Sequence record: MZ311863.1
Reading direction: 5' to 3' (one strand)
DNA from: Escherichia phage vB_EcoM_LNA1
Length of the DNA stretch: 64,000 bases
Shown here one piece after another: positions 55,853 to 64,000 of this stretch. Positions within the stretch are counted from its first letter, which is position 1. The number at the start of each line of letters is the position of its first letter. Made by a program: the position numbers and the translations under genes. The notes beneath the pieces were generated by a model. It was given only the letters and a program-made list of their open reading frames with translations. It did not search any database and was not told the DNA's origin.

Positions 55853-58219
55853 ATGCGCATGGTAAATGACCACGCAGAAGTGATTAAGAGTTCAACTTCT
55901 TTAGAGACGTCTCAAGCACAGATTACAATGACACCTGAGATGTTCAGCCTTTTGAGTTCAGGTGTATACACATTCAAAGAAAGGGCAGTGATTCGTGAAC
56001 TGTCATGTAACGCAGTAGATGCTCAAAAAGAAGCTGGAAAAGAGAACATCCCATTCCATGTGCATTTACCTACTCGATTTGAGCCTTACTTTGAAGTCCG
56101 TGACTTTGGAACTGGTTTAACCCATGATAAAGTAATGAGTTTGTATCTGAACTATGGGGCTTCTACGAAGAATGACTCCAATGATTACATTGGTGCAATG
56201 GGTATCGGCTCAAAATCCCCATTTGCAATTGCTCAGTCATTCACAGTATCTAGCTATGTTGATGGTGTTGTTAATAAGTACTCTGTTTACCTTGAGAATG
56301 GTATCCCTCAAGTAACTAAGCTTACTACCAACCCAACAAATGAACCCAATGGTTTAGCTGTACGTGTGGCAGTTGCTGACCATCGTATTTCAAAGTTCTT
56401 TGAAGAGGCTGGTCACGTATACTCATACTTTGCTGTAAAACCAGAAAGTAACATTGTATATGATGATGTATTAGCAGATATGAATGTCATTGCCCGTGAA
56501 GAGGGTGTTTATGATGCTATGATTCATAAGCAAAGCTGGCGTTCTAGTGGCAACAGGACAGAGTTTAATGTGGTGATGGGTAATATTGCCTACCCAGTGA
56601 ACATGGAAGCATTACTTGGTGATGATTTCTTCAAAGTCTTGCCAGAGTTTTTCCGTAGGAGCGTAGACCTTGTAAACATCTACATGCCTATTGGTTCAGT
56701 TGCTATTGCAGCTTCTCGTGAAGCATTGCAGATGAATGACACGACAAAAAATGTTATCATTGAGGCTACTAAAAAGATAACTGAAGCCATTACAAAGGAT
56801 GTTATCAAGAAAGTTAATAGCCAACCTACACTCATGGATGCTGCACAGGCCTATGCTGAGTTACGTTTGAACTCACGAGAGATGTTTAATGCTGTGTGTC
56901 CAAAGCTAGAGTGGGGTGGCGTTAAGCTTGATTCTCTGGAAGAAGAATTGCTAAACATTCGTCGTGGAATTATCTACGCAGAAGACGGCTCAGTCATTTA
57001 CGAACGTGACGGTAAAGGTAATATTAAGGTTGATAGGAACGGGAACAATATCCCTAAAGTAGATTATCTTTATGACCCAGTTGCTTATGTCAAGTTTAAC
57101 TCTTTAGAGAGTAAGATTCGTGCAACAGCACTATCCTACACTCAAGAGGCGAGCATGTTCAACATCTTTGGTGCAATGCGCAAAAGCCAGATTGGACAGT
57201 TTTTGTTCGTGATTAATGACCGCCGAAATAAAAATGGCACTGAGAAGACTGTTGGGCGTAACCAAATCTTGCGTGGTGCATGTCGAGACTATGCAAGTGA
57301 GTCTAGTCTGTTTCACAGATACAATGGTATTGTCTTTGTATTCTCGACTGAAAAAGAGTTAGATGACTTAATCAATCTGCACAAACTTGATAAAAGCTTG
57401 CTAAAGATTGTGAAAATGTCTGATAAGGAACACCATTACCAGCGTAAAGAAGCTGTAAGAGGTGTTGTAAAACTCTGGAAAGCTGTTCCAGCAGAAGGTG
57501 TAGCCTCCTACAAAGAGGTGTCAGAGGACTTAGACACAATTGAAGAACCTCAGCTTTACATTAAGGCAATTGGTGACACAGTTGATGGCGAATGTTTTTG
57601 CTCATCTCCAGAAGATGTAGCTAAGTCAGTTGCCAATGTCATTGAAAAGACAGTCTATGTTTTCCGAAAAGCAAATTGGAAAAAGATACCAGAAGACTGG
57701 ATTGAAGTAGATGAGAAGCTCTTGAGCAACAGCTTAACTAATGTTCACTGGATTAATCATAACAGGTATATGACACGTATCTATATGAATGGTGTCCTAG
57801 ACCTGACAAGCAGTTGGATTATTGCCAGAAACTTTACGTTCAATAACAGGAAGATTTCTCGTGGCTATTGCTATTCACGGGATACAAACAAAACTATCTT
57901 CCTAGAAGGTAATGAAGAGGCTGTAGAGGCAATGTTTGGTAAAATCCAGTATGTTGCTGCACCATTTGCATACACTTACACTATTAGTGTGTTGAAAACT
58001 TTGAAAGATTGTCTTGACAACGATACAAAGCTTTACAAGAAAATTAAGAAAGCTGGTGACCGTATGGTTATTAAGGTGACAAACTACCTTTCAAAAAGAA
58101 AACAAGAAAACTTCTTGCTTTCCCATTTAGATTGGAATAAAGTGTCACCCATCGAAGTGAGTAAGTTCTTAGGTTTTGATGTGAAGTGTGTTCCAGAAGG
58201 AACTACAGTTTACGATTAA
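55853..58219 (+). CDS. rIIA: rIIA-like protein (GHKL ATPase N-terminal domain)
   Basis: 788 aa; N-terminal Bergerat/GHKL-like motifs (ELSCNAVDA, VRDFGTGL, GIGSKS); followed by rIIB-like gene. Confidence 0.55.
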   Translation: MRMVNDHAEVIKSSTSLETSQAQITMTPEMFSLLSSGVYTFKERAVIRELSCNAVDAQKEAGKENIPFHVHLPTRFEPYFEVRDFGTGLTHDKVMSLYLNYGASTKNDSNDYIGAMGIGSKSPFAIAQSFTVSSYVDGVVNKYSVYLENGIPQVTKLTTNPTNEPNGLAVRVAVADHRISKFFEEAGHVYSYFAVKPESNIVYDDVLADMNVIAREEGVYDAMIHKQSWRSSGNRTEFNVVMGNIAYPVNMEALLGDDFFKVLPEFFRRSVDLVNIYMPIGSVAIAASREALQMNDTTKNVIIEATKKITEAITKDVIKKVNSQPTLMDAAQAYAELRLNSREMFNAVCPKLEWGGVKLDSLEEELLNIRRGIIYAEDGSVIYERDGKGNIKVDRNGNNIPKVDYLYDPVAYVKFNSLESKIRATALSYTQEASMFNIFGAMRKSQIGQFLFVINDRRNKNGTEKTVGRNQILRGACRDYASESSLFHRYNGIVFVFSTEKELDDLINLHKLDKSLLKIVKMSDKEHHYQRKEAVRGVVKLWKAVPAEGVASYKEVSEDLDTIEEPQLYIKAIGDTVDGECFCSSPEDVAKSVANVIEKTVYVFRKANWKKIPEDWIEVDEKLLSNSLTNVHWINHNRYMTRIYMNGVLDLTSSWIIARNFTFNNRKISRGYCYSRDTNKTIFLEGNEEAVEAMFGKIQYVAAPFAYTYTISVLKTLKDCLDNDTKLYKKIKKAGDRMVIKVTNYLSKRKQENFLLSHLDWNKVSPIEVSKFLGFDVKCVPEGTTVYD

Positions 58220-58224
58220 AGTGT

Positions 58225-58254
58225 TTGACAAGGGGCTTCAAAGCCCCTTAGAAT
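58225..58254 (+). promoter_or_regulatory. sigma70-like promoter (TTGACA-N18-TAGAAT) with hairpin in spacer
   Basis: Spacer contains AGGGGCT-TCAA-AGCCCCT stem-loop; upstream of rIIB-like gene. Confidence 0.4.
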
Positions 58255-58298
58255 ATCCTTACAAAATGATTTATTAACTAACAAGAGAGAGTAATAAG

Positions 58299-59408
58299 AT
58301 GACTACTAAAACTAAAGCACAGATTGACGCAGAAATTTACAAACTGGTTAAAGAGGGTAAGCTGACTAAAACAGCTATTGCACAGAAATTTAACACTTCA
58401 ACCCGTTCAGTTGGTCGTGCTGTAGAGCGTCATGAAGCAACCTTAAAAGGTAAGAAAAAGGTAGCTTCTAAACCAGCTACGAAGACTTTGAAGCAAGTTG
58501 CTAAGTCAGTTAAAAAGAAAGCTGGAAAATCAGTTGAAAAGGTTGTTAAAGAGCCTGTACAGAAGGCTCCGGTAAATAAACTACACGAAGCTATGCAGAA
58601 TGGTAACCAGATTGAGTATATGATTACTGGCGATTCTGTTATCATGACTTTCGGTGCAGATTCTGAAATCGTTGAGTCTACCCATCCGAACTACAAAGAA
58701 ATCGTAATGGCTGTTGTAGGCGGTGAGTATAAGAAAGCTTTCGAACTGATGAACATTCGTAAGTCTATCGAAAACTTCACTCAGGGTGCTATCACCATCA
58801 AAGGTGACAAGTTATTCTACGGTGCTGTTGAGATGCGTTCTACTCTGGTTGACCGTATTCTTCACATGATGAAGACTGGAGATAAAGGTTTCGAACGCCT
58901 TGTGATGTTCTTCGAAAAACTGATGGAAAACCCATCTAAAGATTCCGTAGAACAACTTTGGGGCTTCGTATCTCACCTTGATGTTGAAATTGATGAAGAA
59001 GGCTACATCATTGGTTGGAAGAAAGTCTCTACTCGTGAAGGAAAGCTGGTTGACTCCCACACCTACAGAGTACCTAATGATTTGGGTAACATTGTAGAAA
59101 TGCCACGTTGGATGGTTGATAATAACCGTAACGTGACTTGCTCTCAAGGTCTTCACGTTGGTGCTTGGGATTATGTTCGTTGCTTCTCAGGTGATACAAT
59201 CCTGAAGGTTCGTGTCCACCCACGAGATGTTGTATCTGTTCCAACTGATTACAACGATATGAAGATGCGTTCATCTCGTTATGAAGTTGCAGCAATCGTT
59301 GATAACCAACGTAAAGTGCTGAAAGAATGGGATGGCAAGACTGAAGCTTTGCATGTCATCGTTGGCACTGCTGGAGAACTTATCTCTCAGCGTAAACGTG
59401 AAATCTAA
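58299..59408 (+). CDS. rIIB: rIIB-like protein
   Basis: 369 aa immediately downstream of rIIA-like gene; N-terminal HTH-like segment; assignment by synteny and architecture. Confidence 0.45.
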   Translation: MTTKTKAQIDAEIYKLVKEGKLTKTAIAQKFNTSTRSVGRAVERHEATLKGKKKVASKPATKTLKQVAKSVKKKAGKSVEKVVKEPVQKAPVNKLHEAMQNGNQIEYMITGDSVIMTFGADSEIVESTHPNYKEIVMAVVGGEYKKAFELMNIRKSIENFTQGAITIKGDKLFYGAVEMRSTLVDRILHMMKTGDKGFERLVMFFEKLMENPSKDSVEQLWGFVSHLDVEIDEEGYIIGWKKVSTREGKLVDSHTYRVPNDLGNIVEMPRWMVDNNRNVTCSQGLHVGAWDYVRCFSGDTILKVRVHPRDVVSVPTDYNDMKMRSSRYEVAAIVDNQRKVLKEWDGKTEALHVIVGTAGELISQRKREI

Positions 59409-59423
59409 TAAGTAATTTCTTAA

Positions 59424-59447
59424 AAGGCTGCTTCGGCGGCCTTTTTT
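59424..59447 (+). terminator. rho-independent terminator
   Basis: GGCTGC-TTCG-GCGGCC hairpin (one U.G) then TTTTTT. Confidence 0.6.
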
Positions 59448-59508
59448 ATTTGTATTTTGTGCAGAGTGCTGTATAATTGTTGTCACGATAAACTAAACAG
59501 GAGAACCA

Positions 59509-60057
59509 ATGAAGAATTTGATTCTAGGTTTGTGCTTAATGTTTACAGCACACTTATCTTATGCAGTTGACTGCCCAGAGCTATCAATTAGCCAAAAAGT
59601 AAACATGTTAAAAGCTTACCAGTATGGTGAGAATAATATGGGTAAAGGTTGGGGTATCACTCTAGCTGCTATAGCCTTACAAGAGTCAGAGTTAGGTCTG
59701 AAGGTAGAGAATAAAAAGACCCATGACTATGGTATTTTCCAGAATCACTTGAAGACTGTTGTAAAGCGTAACAAAATCAGCCCTAATGTGGCTAAAAAGA
59801 AACTCTTAAAAGACTTTGACTATGCTGCAAAAGAAACACACAAAGAGCTTGAGTTTTGGACGAAGGTGCATGGTCACCCAAAGTCAAAGAAGGCTTTACA
59901 AAAAGTTTTAGCGTCATATAATGCTGGGTATTCGTACAAAATCCCTAAAGCTAAGAAATACTCTCAAGATGTCTATAACAATATGAAAGTTATCGCTCAA
60001 TGTGAATTTGCAACAAACATTTCTAAGGTAAATCATGAAAAAATTAAGAAAGTTTGA
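59509..60057 (+). CDS. secreted lytic transglycosylase-like protein (SLT domain), candidate endolysin
   Basis: N-terminal signal peptide (MKNLILGLCLMFTAHLSYA); SLT-like catalytic region ITLAAIALQESELG; 182 aa. Confidence 0.45.
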   Translation: MKNLILGLCLMFTAHLSYAVDCPELSISQKVNMLKAYQYGENNMGKGWGITLAAIALQESELGLKVENKKTHDYGIFQNHLKTVVKRNKISPNVAKKKLLKDFDYAAKETHKELEFWTKVHGHPKSKKALQKVLASYNAGYSYKIPKAKKYSQDVYNNMKVIAQCEFATNISKVNHEKIKKV

Positions 60058-60730
60058 CGAAGTGCTGTGTCATGCTTATGACTTACATCCCCATGAATTA
60101 GGTATTGATACTGACATATGGACTCCAGAGCAGTGTAGAGACTTTGAAGATACTGCAAGGGAGGTTGTATGCTCACTTGAAGAGTTCCACACACCGGAGC
60201 CAATTGTGAATGCTGTCGATAAAGAGACTGGGAAAGCCATAGGTGTAAGACGTGATAGCCTAGTCATAGTCAATAAAGACCTTGTAGAGAAAGGAAATCT
60301 TATCCTAGCAGATATTGATGGTGTTCTAACATATTTTAATCACGAAGCTTACTCAGCAGAGTTGACTGATGGGTCATTTTCACAGTACACCAACTTACTT
60401 GATGCTGTAAGAGCAAAACCAACATATGTTTTCCACATCATTGATGCAATTGCAAATCATGCAGCAGTTGGGTTCTTGACAGCAAGAGGTGAGACTCAGA
60501 GAATACCTACTGAGATGTTTTTAAGACACAATATAGAACATGATTACTTGCTTTTTATGCGTGGCTTTGGAACAAATTCTCTAAGTGCAGAAAGTTTAAA
60601 GGTTAGGATGATTCAGTCTTGCATTCTTCCTTATTTTAATATAGTATGCTTTATAGAAGATACAGAGAAGAATGTGCAGAAGGTGAACAGAATCCTTCCA
60701 CACATCAAAACCATGTTAGTTAAACATTGA
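60035..60730 (+). CDS. HAD-like phosphatase (putative)
   Basis: HAD motif I-like LILADIDGVLT; 231 aa; weak. Confidence 0.3.
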   Translation: MKKLRKFDEVLCHAYDLHPHELGIDTDIWTPEQCRDFEDTAREVVCSLEEFHTPEPIVNAVDKETGKAIGVRRDSLVIVNKDLVEKGNLILADIDGVLTYFNHEAYSAELTDGSFSQYTNLLDAVRAKPTYVFHIIDAIANHAAVGFLTARGETQRIPTEMFLRHNIEHDYLLFMRGFGTNSLSAESLKVRMIQSCILPYFNIVCFIEDTEKNVQKVNRILPHIKTMLVKH

Positions 60731-60740
60731 GAGAAAACTT

Positions 60741-61205
60741 ATGAACAATATCATTACGGTAGCACTGGACGTTACGGCAAACAAATCTGAAGTAGTTCGT
60801 AACATTATCAAGAACAACTTTGAGGGTAAAATCTTCCGTGCTGTCAACGTAAAAGCAGATGGTAACATTCGAGAGTATCGCGCTCTTTTGAATGTTAAGA
60901 AACACGTAAAAGGTTCTGGCTCAACGACAGCACACAAAGAAAACCTGATGACTATCTATGATATGGGGATGGCTTCAGAATTAGGTGCTGAAGGTATTGT
61001 TAAAGAAGGTGCTCCGTATCGCTCTTTCAATCTGGAAACTGCTCTCATGCTTTCCTTTACAAGTGGTTCTAAAACAACTACTTATCTCTTTACTGATGCT
61101 GCAACGGTATCTGCTATCAAGGATAGCACCGTCAAAGCTGGGGTAGCTGCTGCTGCAAAAGCTTCTTCGATGGCTGCAAATGTCCTTGCTAAAGTCCTCG
61201 GTTAA
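60741..61205 (+). CDS. hypothetical protein
   Basis: 154-aa ORF. Confidence 0.35.
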   Translation: MNNIITVALDVTANKSEVVRNIIKNNFEGKIFRAVNVKADGNIREYRALLNVKKHVKGSGSTTAHKENLMTIYDMGMASELGAEGIVKEGAPYRSFNLETALMLSFTSGSKTTTYLFTDAATVSAIKDSTVKAGVAAAAKASSMAANVLAKVLG

Positions 61206-61216
61206 GGTTAAGATAC

Positions 61217-61238
61217 AGGCTCCTTCGGGAGCCTTTTT
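61217..61238 (+). terminator. rho-independent terminator
   Basis: GGCTCC-TTCG-GGAGCC hairpin then TTTTT. Confidence 0.7.
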
Positions 61239-61255
61239 AAATTCAAGGAGTATTA

Positions 61256-62140
61256 ATGAAACCAATGTTTAAGTATCTTGGTGGTAAAACAAGAATACTG
61301 AAAGAATATGAGCGTTTAGGTGTCTTTCCAGACAAATGTGAAAACTTCTATGACCTGTTTTCAGGTGGTGGTTCAGTAGCTATTTGGGCTTATAACAGAT
61401 ACCCAGAGGCAAAAGTGTTTATTAATGAGATAAATAAACATATTATAGGTCTTTACACAACTTTCAGAGATGACTATGAAAACTTCATGGAAGAATTTGA
61501 GTACCTGTCAAAAAGGTACTTAGCCTTACCTATGCAGGAAGAGTATGCCGTGAAAGGCCAGCGTCATAACCGTCTACGCTATAAAATGTATTACAGTGTA
61601 AGAGAGGAACTTCTTTTGCTTGGTGAAGAAGGAGCATATGACTACAGGTACTATGCCAGACAGTTTTTCCTTCAAAAACTAAGTTTTGGTGGTGTATGGC
61701 AGACTACTAAAGAGATGAAAGGTCACTATGCAACACCTTGCGGGTATTTGCTGGAAGAAGAGATTTTCTTCACAAAAACTAAGAAGTCACTGTCTGAGTT
61801 CTACAGTTTTATCACTGATGAGAGGGTGATACTTAGCAGTGAACCTTATAACAGGGTTGACATAAAACATGGAGAAGGCACAGTTATCTACTGTGACCCC
61901 CCGTATATCAACACCAACCAGAAATATGGTGCAAAGTTTGACATTGAGATGTCTGTAAAATTATGCGAAGATATGATTTCTTGGGGGGAGTTAGGCTCTA
62001 AAGTTTTGATGTCAAACTCTCAGTGGGATGGATGGGCAAACCTAATTCCTGAAAATTTTAACTTGACAGAGGTTAGCCATTCATACACAATACATGCACA
62101 GAGAAGCAAAGATATTAACGAAGTAATTATTCACAACTAA
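61256..62140 (+). CDS. dam: DNA adenine methyltransferase (Dam family)
   Basis: N-terminal YLGGK, AdoMet motif DLFSGGGSVA, catalytic DPPY; 294 aa. Confidence 0.8.
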   Translation: MKPMFKYLGGKTRILKEYERLGVFPDKCENFYDLFSGGGSVAIWAYNRYPEAKVFINEINKHIIGLYTTFRDDYENFMEEFEYLSKRYLALPMQEEYAVKGQRHNRLRYKMYYSVREELLLLGEEGAYDYRYYARQFFLQKLSFGGVWQTTKEMKGHYATPCGYLLEEEIFFTKTKKSLSEFYSFITDERVILSSEPYNRVDIKHGEGTVIYCDPPYINTNQKYGAKFDIEMSVKLCEDMISWGELGSKVLMSNSQWDGWANLIPENFNLTEVSHSYTIHAQRSKDINEVIIHN

Positions 62141-62151
62141 GGTATCAAGTT

Positions 62152-62964
62152 ATGGCAAACAGCATCAATGTAGCACTGAATGGCAAGGTTGTTAAAATTC
62201 ACACTAAGATTATCAGTGTCGAGGATTTTCTTAATGAAAAACGTTACAAAGAAAACCCTCGTCAACGAAATACACTTAAGCGTCTGAAAAGCAAACACCT
62301 TAATGGTGACGTATCACCAGACCAAACAGTAGTCCATGTGGCTAAGTTCGGGAGTTCACTGTTCATCATTGATGGGCACTCACGTAGAGAGGCATGGAAA
62401 GTTGGTAACCTGACACGACCAGAAAACTTGATTGCAGTTATATACCATGTGAACTCTATATTGGATGTCACAGATTTGTATACACATTTTGACTCTGAGT
62501 TAGCAAGAGAGAAGCCTTCAGAAGTTTATTACGGAAATATGAAGATGATTTCTTTCAACCCAGAGTCAGAACTGATGAAAGCATCTTGGGCAACTGCTAT
62601 TAAATATGTTGCTGCATACTACGGTGTACAACAGGTCTCTAACACTGAAACAGTTAAATATCTTAATGACTTTAAAAATGAGCTGGAACAAATTGATTCT
62701 CTTGAAGTACAGCTTAAAGGTGTAGTAAACGCAAAACGGAAATATTCTTCTGGGATTCGTGCAGCAATGTTAATTACACTACGCCTATATGGTGATGCTG
62801 CATTTTCCTTTTGGGAAGACTATAATGATTACTGTGAAGGTATGTCTAACAAATATGTTACAGAGGTATACCAACTGGCATTACAAGCTGGTCGCGGAGC
62901 ACAGGCTGATAAGTTGTTGATGAATCAAGCGATTTCACTTGTCAACTATTACAGTCAAGAATAA
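62152..62964 (+). CDS. ParB-like nuclease domain protein
   Basis: FIIDGHSRREAW resembles the ParB/sulfiredoxin DGxHR motif; 270 aa. Confidence 0.4.
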   Translation: MANSINVALNGKVVKIHTKIISVEDFLNEKRYKENPRQRNTLKRLKSKHLNGDVSPDQTVVHVAKFGSSLFIIDGHSRREAWKVGNLTRPENLIAVIYHVNSILDVTDLYTHFDSELAREKPSEVYYGNMKMISFNPESELMKASWATAIKYVAAYYGVQQVSNTETVKYLNDFKNELEQIDSLEVQLKGVVNAKRKYSSGIRAAMLITLRLYGDAAFSFWEDYNDYCEGMSNKYVTEVYQLALQAGRGAQADKLLMNQAISLVNYYSQE

Positions 62965-62969
62965 TACAC

Positions 62970-62991
62970 AGGCTCCTTCGGGAGCCTTTTT
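62970..62991 (+). terminator. rho-independent terminator
   Basis: GGCTCC-TTCG-GGAGCC hairpin then TTTTT (same sequence as at 61218). Confidence 0.7.
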
Positions 62992-63010
62992 CATTTCAGG
63001 AGATTGTTAA

Positions 63011-63358
63011 ATGACATTTAAAGAGTTCTGTCAAGCTACTTTCATAATTGTTTTCTTAGTTGGGGCAGGTGTCTGGGGAGGATACTCTTATAGAGACTAC
63101 CAAGTTGCTGAAGCTGAGCTAAATAATGAGAAACTGATAAGTGTTGCTAAAGATGCTTATCAGGAAGGTTTAGTCACACTCAGCACTAATTACAAAAATG
63201 ATTTGAAAGATGTGCTTGCTAAGAATAAGCATACAAAAGAGGTATTAACATATGAAAAAACTAAGCCAGAGTTTTATAATGTTTGTGTTACTGATAACTA
63301 TGTCAGGGTGTTCAACGAACAAAGTGAACAGTACATTCAAAAACTCCCAAGTAAGTGA
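63011..63358 (+). CDS. i-spanin-like protein (Rz-like)
   Basis: N-terminal TM segment (FIIVFLVGAGVWGGY) then coiled-coil periplasmic region; 115 aa; overlapped by lipoprotein ORF in another frame. Confidence 0.45.
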   Translation: MTFKEFCQATFIIVFLVGAGVWGGYSYRDYQVAEAELNNEKLISVAKDAYQEGLVTLSTNYKNDLKDVLAKNKHTKEVLTYEKTKPEFYNVCVTDNYVRVFNEQSEQYIQKLPSK

Positions 63359-63521
63359 GAGTGATAAGTACACTCAAGAAGAATCACGGTATATCATCAA
63401 AGGTAACACAGGCAGTGATGTAGCAGCAGCACTTGAGTTCTACCGTGACGGCTTTTACCAGTGTACAATTAAAGCTAATAACCTTATTGACATGATTTTA
63501 TTAGGAAATAAACAGCAATGA
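63252..63521 (+). CDS. o-spanin-like lipoprotein (Rz1-like)
   Basis: Signal peptide with lipobox-like ...LLITMSGC (Cys20); starts inside the i-spanin-like gene in a different frame. Confidence 0.45.
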   Translation: MKKLSQSFIMFVLLITMSGCSTNKVNSTFKNSQVSESDKYTQEESRYIIKGNTGSDVAAALEFYRDGFYQCTIKANNLIDMILLGNKQQ

Positions 63522-63787
63522 CAGAGCATGAAGATACTTTTTACGTAGAAGGGTACTTACTGTTACCGCGACCAAAAGAAACTTATATGCGAATTGACTT
63601 CATACCAACCATTATGGATAATGTGATGTGCCATATCTTTATGCAAGGTGTCACAGCGCAACTTAAGCATGTTGGTAAAGAGTGCAAAATAAAGGTTGAC
63701 ACTCATCCAGAAATCAAAGAGAATCACTACACATGGTTCTTACCAGATTCTAAAGAAATCTTAGCAGTTCTCAAAACGAGGAAGTAA
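63518..63787 (+). CDS. hypothetical protein
   Basis: 89-aa ORF. Confidence 0.3.
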   Translation: MTEHEDTFYVEGYLLLPRPKETYMRIDFIPTIMDNVMCHIFMQGVTAQLKHVGKECKIKVDTHPEIKENHYTWFLPDSKEILAVLKTRK

Positions 63788-63789
63788 CT

Positions 63790-64000
63790 ATGCAGATTAA
63801 TGGAAGAGATTTTGTAGCCGTTTACTATGAGAAAGATAAAGAGGTTGGTGTAGCACAAGTAACCTATGGCAACGGTAAGTGGTTATATGGAACAATCGCA
63901 GTAGTAGGCACAAGAAGTGATACAAAAACTTTTAAAGATTGTGTTGACCTTCTTGAAGAATCCATTCAGAATCATTGGTGTCTGATATGGATGACTGATA
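63790..64000 (+). CDS. hypothetical protein (3' partial, runs off window)
   Basis: ATG at 63790, open frame to window end (MQINGRDFVAVYYEKDKEVG...). Confidence 0.3.
   Translation, partial: MQINGRDFVAVYYEKDKEVGVAQVTYGNGKWLYGTIAVVGTRSDTKTFKDCVDLLEESIQNHWCLIWMTD

Noticed and set aside
23490-62991. CRISPR array suggested by repeated GGCTCC...GGAGCC sequences
   Set aside because: Repeats are short palindromic hairpins followed by T-runs, irregularly spaced by kilobases and located at gene ends; they are terminators, not direct repeats with spacers.

Overview
This window reads as about 64 kb of a virulent tailed dsDNA phage genome, AT-rich, with no integrase or other lysogeny genes visible. Layout: (i) 1-22.8 kb, plus strand: a lambda-like head module (large terminase, portal, S49-family prohead protease with scaffold-like tail, decoration-like protein, major capsid) followed by a contractile-tail/baseplate module (sheath- and tube-like proteins, chaperones with a -1 frameshift site, tape measure, baseplate proteins, two tail-fibre genes sharing a His-rich tip); (ii) 23.5-33.0 kb, minus strand: thymidylate synthase, dihydrofolate reductase, DNA ligase and a family A DNA polymerase interrupted by a compact ORF-less group I intron, with a free-standing HNH-AP2 endonuclease next to it; (iii) 33.2-64 kb, plus strand: replication and nucleotide metabolism (dNMP kinase-like, T7 gp4-like primase-helicase, SSB-like, FEN exonuclease, NrdA/NrdB, glutaredoxin-like protein, NrdD split by a group I intron carrying an HNH endonuclease, NrdG), then rIIA/rIIB-like genes, a Dam methyltransferase, a ParB-like nuclease-domain protein and overlapping spanin-like genes. 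The most notable element is an adjacent PRPP-synthetase-like plus NAMPT-like gene pair (52.6-55.3 kb) with no NMN adenylyltransferase nearby. This fits the phage NAD+ reconstitution pathway NARP1 (Adps + Namat), an anti-defence system against NAD+-depleting immunity. Gene content resembles Felix O1-like myoviruses, but that is an inference. All calls rest on reading the translated ORFs and the DNA by eye; no database search was run.
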